Notes: generated from the letters alone by a model not told the origin. Shown: positions 31,909 to 40,146, counted from the first letter of the stretch. The stretch: DNA of 40,146 nt from an uncultured Alphaproteobacteria bacterium (GCA_944391545.1 CALXTZ010000001.1:1-40146); one strand, 5' to 3'. Program-made: numbers and translations.

Positions 31909-32655
31909 TTAATACGGGATCATCACATAAACGCGCGACTCTTCGCCCGTTAAAATCACCGCCTCCGATGATTGCTCCCGAACAAGAGCGGCCGTTTGCT
32001 CGTTTTTAAACGTCATAACGGTCACAAGCCCCGTGCCTTGATCAATAAAATAAAAATCTTGAGCCAAAGCATCGGGAACGTCCTCATCCGTCAGCTCGGA
32101 ACAAGGAACCGTATTCACGCTGCCGTCCGCAAACGATGTTTGAGCGGCAACCGCGCACGCAATCATATAATCCAAAGACTCATTTGCCTCATACTTTTTT
32201 ACCGCCGCAGAATATCCCGCAACGCCGCCGACAATAAAGACGCTTAATAAAGGCAGTAACAATAAAATCAACAAAATTGCCGTTAAAACACCTCTTAAGA
32301 TAGGCGCCGGCGTTAAAGGCATACCGCGGGCATCCGTTTTTGTCACAATCATCTCGACCACGACCCAAATACACACGCCGAACAATGACACAAAAAGCGA
32401 AATCGGTGAAAAAAGAGTCAATATCAATTGAATCAAACCGCGAACCCAACGGCCGACATAAAAGTTGTGAACACCGAAGATTCCCAAAAGAAAAGCCAGG
32501 ACAAGATAAAGAGCGCCCGATTTTTGCAACCGAATTTGTTTAGCCTGTATTTGAGCGGACAAAATTACCTTTTTCTGTTCTTCGAATTCGGCATTTGTAA
32601 TGACGCCTTTTTTCTTTAAACCGGCTAACTTTTCCAAATCTGTCAACGCGTCCAT
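31909..32655 (-). CDS. SHOCT + TM2 domain membrane protein with an extra C-terminal soluble domain
   Basis: The start is at MDALTDLEKLAGLKKKGVITNAEFEEQKKVIL, behind SD AGGAG. The ORF-track extension to 32808 would overlap tRNA-Ser. TM2 signature: GIFGVHNFYVGRWVRGLIQLIL. Confidence 0.75.
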   Translation of the reverse strand: MDALTDLEKLAGLKKKGVITNAEFEEQKKVILSAQIQAKQIRLQKSGALYLVLAFLLGIFGVHNFYVGRWVRGLIQLILTLFSPISLFVSLFGVCIWVVVEMIVTKTDARGMPLTPAPILRGVLTAILLILLLLPLLSVFIVGGVAGYSAAVKKYEANESLDYMIACAVAAQTSFADGSVNTVPCSELTDEDVPDALAQDFYFIDQGTGLVTVMTFKNEQTAALVREQSSEAVILTGEESRVYVMIPY

Positions 32656-32778
32656 TTTGTACTCCTGTATTAATAAGACAAAGTTGACTCTATTTTCAAA
32701 GAGAATCATAAAAAAGTAAAGCTTTTTTATTTTTTGCTTGCCAACTGCGGAAATTTTATGTATAAGTGAGTCACTTTT

Positions 32779-32869
32779 GGATGGGTGGCCGAGTGGTTGA
32801 AGGCGCACGCCTGGAAAGTGTGTTTAGGTCTAAAGCCTAACGGAGGTTCGAATCCTCTCCCATCCGCCA
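32779..32869 (+). tRNA. tRNA-Ser (GGA)
   Basis: 91 nt: acceptor GGATGGG/CCCATCC, D-arm GGCCGAGTGGTTGAAGGC, anticodon loop CTGGAAA, a long variable arm, T-arm GGAGG-TTCGAAT-CCTCT (one terminal G:U pair), and an encoded GCCA. Confidence 0.93.
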
Positions 32870-32872
32870 TAA
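32851..32872 (+). repeat. Direct repeat copy 1 (22 nt; 19 nt of the tRNA-Ser 3' end plus 3 nt beyond it)
   Basis: AATCCTCTCCCATCCGCCATAA, identical to 33010-33031. Confidence 0.9.
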
Positions 32873-32880
32873 CAATCAAG

Positions 32881-32901
32881 CGCCCGAACGGGCGTTTTTT
32901 T
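32881..32901 (+). terminator. tRNA-Ser terminator
   Basis: CGCCC-GAAC-GGGCG plus T7. Confidence 0.75.
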
Positions 32902-33009
32902 ATGGGAGAGGAGAAGAACCGACGTTCCCGGCGACAGCCGGCGGAGGTTCGGTGGCCGAAGGACATGACGTCCGGCAGGACGGTCCCGAAGGGATGAGCG
33001 TCAGCGAAC

Positions 33010-33031
33010 AATCCTCTCCCATCCGCCATAA
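33010..33031 (+). repeat. Direct repeat copy 2 (att-like duplicate of the tRNA-Ser 3' end)
   Basis: AATCCTCTCCCATCCGCCATAA, a 22/22 match to 32851-32872. Confidence 0.9.
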
Positions 33032-33165
33032 TAAACCGCTTCCTTCCGCTTCCCCTTTTATAGATAATTTTTCAACGCGACCTCTCCTACCCTTTCGGTT
33101 ATCTTTAAAAAAGGCTGCTGACACCCTAAAATAAAAAAGGAACAACTTTTAAAAAGGAGAAAATC

Positions 33166-33330
33166 ATGTTCGGATGGGCCATCACGTTTTTAGTCATCGC
33201 AATCATCGCTGCAGCTTTGGGATTTGGCGGATTAGCAGGAACGGCCGCATGGGCTGCTAAAATCGTTTTTATCGTCGGTTTGGTTTTATTTGTTTTAAGC
33301 CTGATTTTCGGCCGACGCAGAAACGGATAA
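33166..33330 (+). CDS. DUF1328/UPF0391 small membrane protein (54 aa)
   Basis: Hand-translated as [63 protein letters not shown]. This is a classic YtjA-like pattern. Confidence 0.8.
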   Translation: MFGWAITFLVIAIIAAALGFGGLAGTAAWAAKIVFIVGLVLFVLSLIFGRRRNG

Positions 33331-33380
33331 AAAACTTGCTTTAATCCTCATGATATCTTATCCTTTTAACGGAGGATATC

Positions 33381-33686
33381 ATGACTTTTTTTGAACAGGT
33401 TTACGCGATCGTTGAACAAATTCCCAAAGGAAAAGTCGCAACCTACGGCCAAATCGCTTTTTTAACCGGACATCCTCGATCAGCGCGAATGGTCGGATAT
33501 GCGCTGCATGTCAATCCAAAGCCAGGCATTATTCCATGCCACCGCGTTGTTAATCGCGAAGGGCATGTTGCTCCCGGATTTGCATTTGGCGGTCCAGGGA
33601 AACAAGCCGAATTATTGGCCAAAGAAGGAATTGTCGCATCGCCCGACGGATATGTCGACTTAACCCAATATCTGTGGTGTCCCTAA
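33381..33686 (+). CDS. MGMT-family protein (methylated-DNA-protein-cysteine methyltransferase DNA-binding/active-site domain only)
   Basis: 101 aa with VATYGQIA and the active-site IPCHRVV. Confidence 0.85.
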   Translation: MTFFEQVYAIVEQIPKGKVATYGQIAFLTGHPRSARMVGYALHVNPKPGIIPCHRVVNREGHVAPGFAFGGPGKQAELLAKEGIVASPDGYVDLTQYLWCP

Positions 33687-35758
33687 TCACGAACATGTTC
33701 GGATTGATATTGGCACTCCCGCTGATGACGTTGCTGCCACTGAAAGAATCGCCGCATCATTTGTTCCTTGTCCGCAGCAGGCAAATCAGACAACCGTCGA
33801 TAAGCTTCTTCTTGAACGGATTGCGGTTGGCGCGCCAAAATCTGATAGGCTTTTTCCTGCATGTCAAACGATAACCCCAGCACACAATGCAAGACAACCG
33901 GCGGGACGCGCTCAATATCTTCAATCGGGCATAAGTCCGCCCGAACATAACGAATGGTGTCGGGAATATCTTCCAAAACATGAACCGGCGCACAGGAAAT
34001 GTCTAATTCCCGGCAAGCCGGCGACAGCCCTTTTGTCGCGGTCAGATCCGTCATCGCGAGACACACGCTTTCGCACGCTTTAAAATCCGCCAAACAAATA
34101 CCGCCTTTTACACCGCCCTTTTTCAAAGAAAACCGCCACACGGAAGAAGGCAACCCGGACAAAGAAGACAAAACATTATATCCGCTTTCAATCTCCTGCA
34201 CACCTTGAGCCATATCCGACAAGTTCCGAATACCCGTCTGACTTATTTTGAGCGTCCGACACACGGGCATTCCTTTTAACGACGTTAAATCTTTGTTATC
34301 CGATATATCAAAACAATCCACAACCACGCGCGATAAATCCGGCAGCTCTTTCAACCCCATCCCCGCAAAAGATAATGTACCGGATACAATAATCAATCCA
34401 TCATCCGTTTTTGTATAAGGGACATTTAATCCGTTTAAAATCAGTTCCGGCGTCGGATGCCTGTATGTCCAAAGAACCGTCGATAAATCATCCGTATGCA
34501 TTTCTTTGGGCAAATGATAAACAGCCTCCATCGGATCGTTGAAATGCGTCGTTACAAATGTTTGAACCTGATCTTCAAAACCGTCCGTTACCTCGCCTTT
34601 GATGCGGCCTAACCGATACACGACTTTTCCGCTTTCATGAAAATAAGGCTTTAAAATAACCCGACATTTGGGAATGAAGTCTTGATCCAATCCATATACG
34701 ACAATTGATCCGCGCCCGATTTCCTGTTTGATATATTTAAAGTTTTCTCCCACCGCCGACAGGCAAAACGATTCATGCTTGGCTGAGCGCATCCATTCTT
34801 TATACGTTGACAATGTTGCGATTTCATAAGGATTGCGCGTAAACATAATTGTCTTAAACGGCATTTGATCCGGCAGAATTTCACGCCCTGTCGTCGTCAC
34901 TTTCAACGAAATATTTTTGGTTTGCTCATAAAATTGAGCCACTCGGCACACATTGGTTTCAAAAGAATCTTCCGGATGCGTTTCCAATTCATGCGCCAGA
35001 CGGTAAAACAAAAACTCATCACGAAGCGTCATAAAGAATGCTTTATTGCGAGTTGCGTTTTCGCGCATTCTTTGTGATTTTAAAGTCTTGTAGGCATCAT
35101 AGTTTTTCTGTTTAAACGTATCCAAAAGCGCTTCATCCGTTAAATCAAACGAATCAAATCCGGCTGCCAACTGGCGAAGCACCTGAGCCCGTTGCATTAA
35201 AAACGCATTTAATCGAAACGTTTGAACACTGCGGCCGTTAAAGTAAGACAACGTCGGTATTTTGCCGTTCTGAACCAATTGAAGCGTATGTTGCCCCGGC
35301 AAAGAATCGTTCATCATATCAATCCGTTCTTTGACCAAATCAAAGGCCGTTCGAATATTTTCAACCTGTAAATAAAACGATCCGCCGACACCGAATTCTT
35401 TCGGATAAGGCGGCCGAACCGCCCGACGAATGGCCATCCCGTCCCGAACGGCAGAATCAATAATCGCTTTATACTTATGCCCGGCATGAAAAAGCTCATC
35501 AACATAAAATTTCAAATTTTCCGATGCCCGCGGATATTTTAAAATCTCGCGAATTTCCCGTTCCGTCGACAACGGATTTTGGACAAAGCGGATGGTATGA
35601 AACAAACAACGGACAATTTGTTTTTCAATTTCTTTGCGCTCTTGCGCCGACGCATCGTTTGACGGAGACTGCGCAATCAAAGCACGCGCTTTTTTGAAAA
35701 AGCTGTTGACCCGTTGTTGGCGTAAAATCAAAACTTCCTTTTGCGATAAAATATGCAT
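33683..35758 (-). CDS. Large hypothetical protein with a C-terminal LRR-like region (691 aa)
   Basis: The start is at MHILSQKE, behind SD AAGGGA. The C-terminal third has LRR-like repeats (LKELPDLSRVVVDCFDISDNKDLTSLKGMPVCRTLKISQTGIRNLSDM...). The N-terminal 450 or so aa have no motif I recognise. Confidence 0.65.
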   Translation of the reverse strand: MHILSQKEVLILRQQRVNSFFKKARALIAQSPSNDASAQERKEIEKQIVRCLFHTIRFVQNPLSTEREIREILKYPRASENLKFYVDELFHAGHKYKAIIDSAVRDGMAIRRAVRPPYPKEFGVGGSFYLQVENIRTAFDLVKERIDMMNDSLPGQHTLQLVQNGKIPTLSYFNGRSVQTFRLNAFLMQRAQVLRQLAAGFDSFDLTDEALLDTFKQKNYDAYKTLKSQRMRENATRNKAFFMTLRDEFLFYRLAHELETHPEDSFETNVCRVAQFYEQTKNISLKVTTTGREILPDQMPFKTIMFTRNPYEIATLSTYKEWMRSAKHESFCLSAVGENFKYIKQEIGRGSIVVYGLDQDFIPKCRVILKPYFHESGKVVYRLGRIKGEVTDGFEDQVQTFVTTHFNDPMEAVYHLPKEMHTDDLSTVLWTYRHPTPELILNGLNVPYTKTDDGLIIVSGTLSFAGMGLKELPDLSRVVVDCFDISDNKDLTSLKGMPVCRTLKISQTGIRNLSDMAQGVQEIESGYNVLSSLSGLPSSVWRFSLKKGGVKGGICLADFKACESVCLAMTDLTATKGLSPACRELDISCAPVHVLEDIPDTIRYVRADLCPIEDIERVPPVVLHCVLGLSFDMQEKAYQILARQPQSVQEEAYRRLSDLPAADKEQMMRRFFQWQQRHQRECQYQSEHVRD

Positions 35759-35876
35759 GCTTATCCCTTTGTTTTTAAGGTTAATTATACGCTTTTTTCC
35801 CAAAAATGTCAATGTGTTTCAGGATATTAAAGCTTTGTGCTTGACTCTTGTTTAAAAAAGAAACAGGATGTGTGTT

Positions 35877-37565
35877 ATGAAAAAAAGAGCTGATCGACCT
35901 CTTTACGAAAACATCCGAAAAGGATTAACGCTTTTGTGGAATCTCACAAAAGTGATTGTTGCTTTTTTCACGGCATTCAGCCTTGTTCCGGCATTTGAAG
36001 CCGTCTTGCAACAAAATGCCGATCCTTTATTTAAAATGCCGACCGGATTGTTTTTAAAAACATCTTTGCTGTTAACGAGTGTCGTTTTGTTGTTACCGCG
36101 CCGTCGAATCAGAGCAGCCTTTTTTGCCCTTTTTTATACCGGCCTGTTGATTTTTAACTTTATTCAAATCGAGCATCTCATTTTATTCGGGACAAAATTA
36201 AGTTATTCCTCGGCTTTAACGATGCTCAATACGGATCCGCAAATGATTCTGGCCTTTATTGACCATTTCCTCGGATGGAAAACAATGGGCGGCATCCTTT
36301 TTTGCTTGTTTCCTTTTATTTGGCTGTCTGTTATCAATATCCCTTATCAGCTTCATGTTTCTTTGGAAAATCAAGGCAAAAAAATTTCCGTTTCTGCATT
36401 GATTTGTCTGGTTGTCCTGTGTTTTACGGTCGGATACATCCGGGCACATATCAAAGAATATCCGTTTTATGATGCGGATTTTGCAGCGTCTTACCATGAT
36501 TTGAAAGACTTTGAAAAACGCAGCGAAAAAATGAAAGAATTTCATTTAACCGATGTTGCCGTTCAACCGTCCGATAAACAACAGGTGCATGTCATCGTCA
36601 TCGGCGAAAGCGCCCGGCGCGAAGAAATGTCCGTTTACGGGAATGTCATCAGAACCACACCTTTTGCCGAAAGCATCCGTGATTCGCTTTACGTATTTGA
36701 TAATGTGACCAGTTGGTCGGCACAAACCGCAACAATGATGGAAAAATTGCTGACATTATCCGAAGATGAAGCAGATCGGTATAAAATGTGGCAGGAACCC
36801 AGCTTAATTGATTTTTACAATGCGGCCGGTTTTGAAACGTATTGGATTTCCGGACATTCCATGTACGGTGTTTTTGACAACTACTCACACTTGTTGAAAC
36901 GCGTCAAGCACACGACCTTTATCAACAAGCACAAAAATTGGAACGACGGTTTTAAAAAGCATCGGTTTGATTCCGAATTACTGCCGGCGATTGAAGAAGC
37001 CTTAAAAGATCCGGCACCCCGTAAAGTGATTTTCATCCATTTAATGGGATCGCACATTCGATACAAAGACCGCTATCCGGCCGACTACCAAAGCAAAAAT
37101 CCGGAATTTAAAATTTTGGAAAACAATGCGCATCCTCGATACATCGAATATGTTAAAAGCATTCATTACACCGATTGGATGTTATCCGAGATTTTCAAGC
37201 GCGTTCAAAAAGAAAAAGAAGCTTCTTCCTTTATTTTGTATTTTTCCGATCATGCCGAAGGTGTTTCTTTATTAAACGCCTGTTTCTGCCATGCCGATTC
37301 CAAAAAGGACTACGAACAATTGGAAATCCCGTTTTTCTTGTGGTTGTCCGATGTCTACAAGCAGGAAAACGCGGCCTATGTCGAACCGTTCAAAGAATAT
37401 CTTCATCGCCCGTATGAAACAAACACCTGGATTCACAGCATCTTGGATTTATCGCGTATTTCGCACGACAAGCTGGATCCGAAAAAGTCAGTTTTCAATC
37501 CGGCATTTCAACCGCCGGCCAAACGGCGTCATGAAGAATGGTTGGAATTACGATCGAAAGGGTAA
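35877..37565 (+). CDS. Phosphoethanolamine transferase (sulfatase/alkaline-phosphatase superfamily, EptA/CptA-like)
   Basis: N-terminal TM block, then VIGESARR, HLMGSH and YFSDHAE. An alternative start is at 35868. Confidence 0.8.
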   Translation: MKKRADRPLYENIRKGLTLLWNLTKVIVAFFTAFSLVPAFEAVLQQNADPLFKMPTGLFLKTSLLLTSVVLLLPRRRIRAAFFALFYTGLLIFNFIQIEHLILFGTKLSYSSALTMLNTDPQMILAFIDHFLGWKTMGGILFCLFPFIWLSVINIPYQLHVSLENQGKKISVSALICLVVLCFTVGYIRAHIKEYPFYDADFAASYHDLKDFEKRSEKMKEFHLTDVAVQPSDKQQVHVIVIGESARREEMSVYGNVIRTTPFAESIRDSLYVFDNVTSWSAQTATMMEKLLTLSEDEADRYKMWQEPSLIDFYNAAGFETYWISGHSMYGVFDNYSHLLKRVKHTTFINKHKNWNDGFKKHRFDSELLPAIEEALKDPAPRKVIFIHLMGSHIRYKDRYPADYQSKNPEFKILENNAHPRYIEYVKSIHYTDWMLSEIFKRVQKEKEASSFILYFSDHAEGVSLLNACFCHADSKKDYEQLEIPFFLWLSDVYKQENAAYVEPFKEYLHRPYETNTWIHSILDLSRISHDKLDPKKSVFNPAFQPPAKRRHEEWLELRSKG

Positions 37566-38471
37566 ATCCAGTTGACCTTGAAAAAACAAAGCACGCATGG
37601 CAATGTTTTTTTCCAAAAATTCCGTTGCAGTTGCTTCATCCATCGGTCGACCGGTATAGTACCCTTGCGAATAATCACAATCCAAATCTTTTAAAACTTT
37701 GAAATCTTGAGCCGTCTCGGCGCCCTCAATAACAACTTTCATGCCCAGCAAATGACCGGTTTTAACCATCGCTTCCATCACTTTCATGCCTTTGACGGAA
37801 CGCGGCGCTCTGTGAATAAAACTCCGATCGATTTTTAATTTATAAATCGGTAAGTCGATCAAAGAACCGAAAGACGAAAACCCTGTCCCGAAATCATCAA
37901 TGGTAATATGGACGCCGATTTTAGATAATTTTTGCAACTCATCAATGGTGTATTTGGGATTTTTCATCAGCAAACTTTCCGTCAGCTCTAATTCCAACAA
38001 AGCCGGCGGCACATGCCAATGCGTCAGTTTTTTCATCACGCTTTTCACAAAAGACTTATTTTCAAATTGCTTCATCGATACATTGACAGCCATCGTCATC
38101 GGATAAGACACCAAAGACATCCATGCGTGGATTTGAAACAAAGCCTGTTCAACCACTAAATCTCCCAACGGCAAAATCAATCCGCTTTCTTCGGCAATCG
38201 GAATAAAAACATCCGGTGACAACATTCCTTTTTCCGGATGATGCCAACGCAGCAAAGCTTCCCAACCAACAATTTGCATCGTCGATACATCAATTTCCGG
38301 TTGAAAATATAAAAGAAAGCCTTGCCGTTTTGCCAGTGCCGCACGCATGTCTTTTTCAAGGTTTTTACGTGCTTTATATGCTGGCGTCATCGGCACGGAA
38401 ACGCAATGTGTTAAGAAACCGCTTAAAACATTTTGTTTGACATTCTCATTTTTTTTCGCGATGCTTTTCAT
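37548..38471 (-). CDS. Stand-alone EAL-domain protein (c-di-GMP phosphodiesterase)
   Basis: Motifs seen: EALLRW, ELELTES, DDFGTGFSS, KIDRSF, EGAET and QGYY. The 3' end overlaps the convergent transferase gene by 18 nt. Confidence 0.92.
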   Translation of the reverse strand: MKSIAKKNENVKQNVLSGFLTHCVSVPMTPAYKARKNLEKDMRAALAKRQGFLLYFQPEIDVSTMQIVGWEALLRWHHPEKGMLSPDVFIPIAEESGLILPLGDLVVEQALFQIHAWMSLVSYPMTMAVNVSMKQFENKSFVKSVMKKLTHWHVPPALLELELTESLLMKNPKYTIDELQKLSKIGVHITIDDFGTGFSSFGSLIDLPIYKLKIDRSFIHRAPRSVKGMKVMEAMVKTGHLLGMKVVIEGAETAQDFKVLKDLDCDYSQGYYTGRPMDEATATEFLEKNIAMRALFFQGQLDLPFRS

Positions 38472-38567
38472 TGTTTTTACTTTTTACTTGCCTTTTTCAT
38501 TATTCTACTATAAGTTGAAAAATGAAAGATGTCAAATCTTTAAAATCACATAAAAAGGGGAAACAAA

Positions 38568-39410
38568 ATGAAAAAACTTTTATTAATTATTGTCTTAATT
38601 ATTGCGGCGCTGATAATTGCCGCTTATTTTACGATGGATATTTTAATTAAGGAGGCTGTTCAAAAATACGTTCCGCCGATTACAAAGACAAATATCCAAA
38701 TTTCATCCGTACACACATCCGTCTTTGACGGAGAATTTAAAGTCAAGGGTTTGGCCGTCGGCAATCCGTCCGGTTTTTCCACGCCGAATGCCTTTACGCT
38801 CGGTGAAATAGAAGTCTCCGTATCCATGAAAAGCCTGTTCAGCGATGTCATTATGATTAAGGAAATAACCATTGATAAAGCTGTTGCAACAATTGAAATT
38901 TCAAAATCGGGAACCAATCTCGGAACCATCAATAAAAATATCAACGACTATATGAAAAACCATCAATCGGCGGACAAGCCGGCTCAAGCGACCGACACAG
39001 ACTCGAAAAAGGCCAAAAAAGTCGTCATCAAAGAGCTGACCATCAAAAACAGTTCAATCCAATTGGCCAGCAGTTTAACGCAATCTCAAAAAATGATGGA
39101 AATTCCGTTGCCGACGATTCAATTGAAAAACATCGGGGAAGAAAAAAATCCGATGACGCTTGATCAGGCATTCGCATTGATTTTATCGACATTCTCACAA
39201 CAATCCATGCAGACTCTTGTTCAAAACGCACGGAATTTGTTGCCTGACTTGCAAGGAGAAATCGGTAAAATCCAAGACCAAATCAACGCGGCCAAAGGCC
39301 AAATTGACTCTTTTAAAGGCGAAGTGGAAGCTGCCAAAAAGCAACTCAACGATACAAAAGAAAACTTTAAGTCGTTGGCGGATGACATAAAAAGCAAGTT
39401 TAGCAAGTAA
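38568..39410 (+). CDS. AsmA-like/DUF748-like membrane-anchored protein with a C-terminal coiled coil
   Basis: N-terminal TM helix, then a beta-rich region resembling AsmA-family N-termini (my recollection only), and a C-terminal heptad-like segment (QINAAKGQIDSFKGEVEAAKKQLNDTK). Confidence 0.6.
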   Translation: MKKLLLIIVLIIAALIIAAYFTMDILIKEAVQKYVPPITKTNIQISSVHTSVFDGEFKVKGLAVGNPSGFSTPNAFTLGEIEVSVSMKSLFSDVIMIKEITIDKAVATIEISKSGTNLGTINKNINDYMKNHQSADKPAQATDTDSKKAKKVVIKELTIKNSSIQLASSLTQSQKMMEIPLPTIQLKNIGEEKNPMTLDQAFALILSTFSQQSMQTLVQNARNLLPDLQGEIGKIQDQINAAKGQIDSFKGEVEAAKKQLNDTKENFKSLADDIKSKFSK

Positions 39411-39499
39411 AACTCGAAAAATGTTTCTTGACTTCTACGAATAAATGCACTACGTAGACTTAAGGAGCGTTTCAACAAGCACAAAGTTGAGGGGGAAAA

Positions 39500-39889
39500 A
39501 TGGCTTGCATACCGATTGCGGATATCCGTGTCCAAGGGATGGAGACAGTTGGAATAAAACGATTTGAAATTGGGGTGTCGTTTTATTTCCAAGGGGAAGC
39601 TGTCTTAAGCACCTTTGCTTTGACGGGAATATCTGTTTTTCATCGGGCGGCGGGTGCATTCGCTGCCGCACCGGCAAGCCTTTTTAATGGAGAACTTTGT
39701 GATGAGACCGGTACGTGCCGACTGATTTCCTTTTTCAAAAAGGCAGCCGGATTGATCGTACCTGCTCTTTTGCAAAAAAGAGAACGCTCCGCCGTCAGGA
39801 AACTGTTGCGTTTTGCGTCACGGGCACAAGCATCGCCGGTTAAAGGCGTCTTAACGGATATTTTCCATGCGTATAAGGAGACGAAATGA
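39500..39889 (+). CDS. Hypothetical protein (129 aa)
   Basis: SD GAGGGGG lies 5 nt upstream. Its stop overlaps the start of the next ORF (ATGA). I recognise no motif. Confidence 0.45.
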   Translation: MACIPIADIRVQGMETVGIKRFEIGVSFYFQGEAVLSTFALTGISVFHRAAGAFAAAPASLFNGELCDETGTCRLISFFKKAAGLIVPALLQKRERSAVRKLLRFASRAQASPVKGVLTDIFHAYKETK

Positions 39890-40146
39890 AATTTGTTATT
39901 GGAGAAAAAGATTTCTTGCTGATGCAAAAAATCAAATCAGCCATTTTGGCACTGGAACCGCCGGCTGAAATTGTTGAATGTTATGATTGGGATTGTACGT
40001 TGCTTGATTTAATTCGATCGGAAACGGCCGATTTTTTGTTTTTGGATTTAAACATCATGGGCGTAACGTGGAAAGAACGCGTGATGGAGTTATTGCAATC
40101 CCTGAACAAAACACGGATCGTTTTGACTGCCAGATCGGAAGAGCAC
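39886..40146 (+). CDS. Receiver (REC)-like domain protein, 3' end outside the window
   Basis: Hand-translated as MKFVIGEKDFLL...ADFLFLDLNIMGVTWKERV...RIVLTARSEEH. This is a CheY-like beta-alpha pattern with the candidate phospho-Asp in FLDL, but the N-terminal acidic pair is degenerate (GEKD). Confidence 0.5.
   Translation, partial: MKFVIGEKDFLLMQKIKSAILALEPPAEIVECYDWDCTLLDLIRSETADFLFLDLNIMGVTWKERVMELLQSLNKTRIVLTARSEEH

Noticed and set aside
32902-33028. Idea that the GC-rich module is a second tRNA (for example tRNA-Sec, given the long arms and the ...CCGCCA end).
   Set aside because: At about 127 nt it is too long. The 5' strand matching the CCCATCC acceptor is only partial (TTATGGG), and I could find no anticodon loop with UCA or a proper D/T-arm arrangement.
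32656-33145. The ORF-track extension of the TM2 gene to 32808, and ORFs 32727-33029 (-), 32785-32997 (+), 32900-33145 (-) and 32952-33134 (+).
   Set aside because: They overlap the tRNA-Ser gene, its terminator and the GC-rich att-like module. High G+C keeps the frames open, and there is no SD.
33757-35855. Small ORFs on either strand inside the 691-aa gene (33757-33993, 33999-34208, 34651-34884, 34865-35077, 35314-35505, 35634-35855), and 33674-33874 (+).
   Set aside because: They are embedded in or antisense to the long ORF, with no independent signals.
1-40146. Search for CRISPR arrays, IS elements, transposases, integrases, prophage genes and known defence systems (RM, TA, CBASS, Gabija and similar).
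   Set aside because: I noticed no regularly spaced direct repeats, no DDE/tyrosine/serine recombinase motifs, and no recognisable defence-gene motifs in any of the translated ORFs. The only mobility-like signal is the tRNA-Ser 3'-end duplication.

Overview
This 40.1-kb chromosomal window looks alphaproteobacterial. Support: a permuted two-piece tmRNA with an ANDNF-type tag, and rpmF-plsX-fabH-ihfA-merR synteny. G+C is moderate to low and the gene packing is compact. The backbone is housekeeping: ppdK, map, radC, dps, uppP, comEC, an MsbA-like ABC exporter, tRNA-Ala, tRNA-Ser and ssrA, with accessory patches in between. The most unusual content is as follows. (i) A 681-aa protein has a prepilin-type N-terminus (G|RSMIEMLAVLAIMGVL, Glu at +5) and a normal-sized pilin head, followed by about 535 residues holding about 80 cysteines in EGF/furin-like spacing. 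Its 460-nt upstream region carries a C13 tract, a strong SD+ATG that is 1 nt out of frame across a T7A6 run, and a GC-rich palindrome. A second Cys-rich paralogue is cut by the window start. (ii) Three tandem TM2-domain genes (two with SHOCT N-termini) lie beside tRNA-Ser. The last 22 nt of that tRNA region are duplicated 137 bp downstream, around a GC-rich foldable module. (iii) There are two LRR-like putative effector proteins. (iv) A glycine-zipper membrane protein is translationally coupled to a small acidic protein. (v) Smaller items: an orphan EncFtn-like ferritin, a metallothionein/SCIFF-like mini-ORF, a NUDIX gene frameshifted in a homopolymer, and a lipoprotein gene split by one in-frame TAA. 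I saw no CRISPR array, transposase, integrase or recognisable defence gene. All family assignments come from reading motifs by eye; no searches or folding programs were run.
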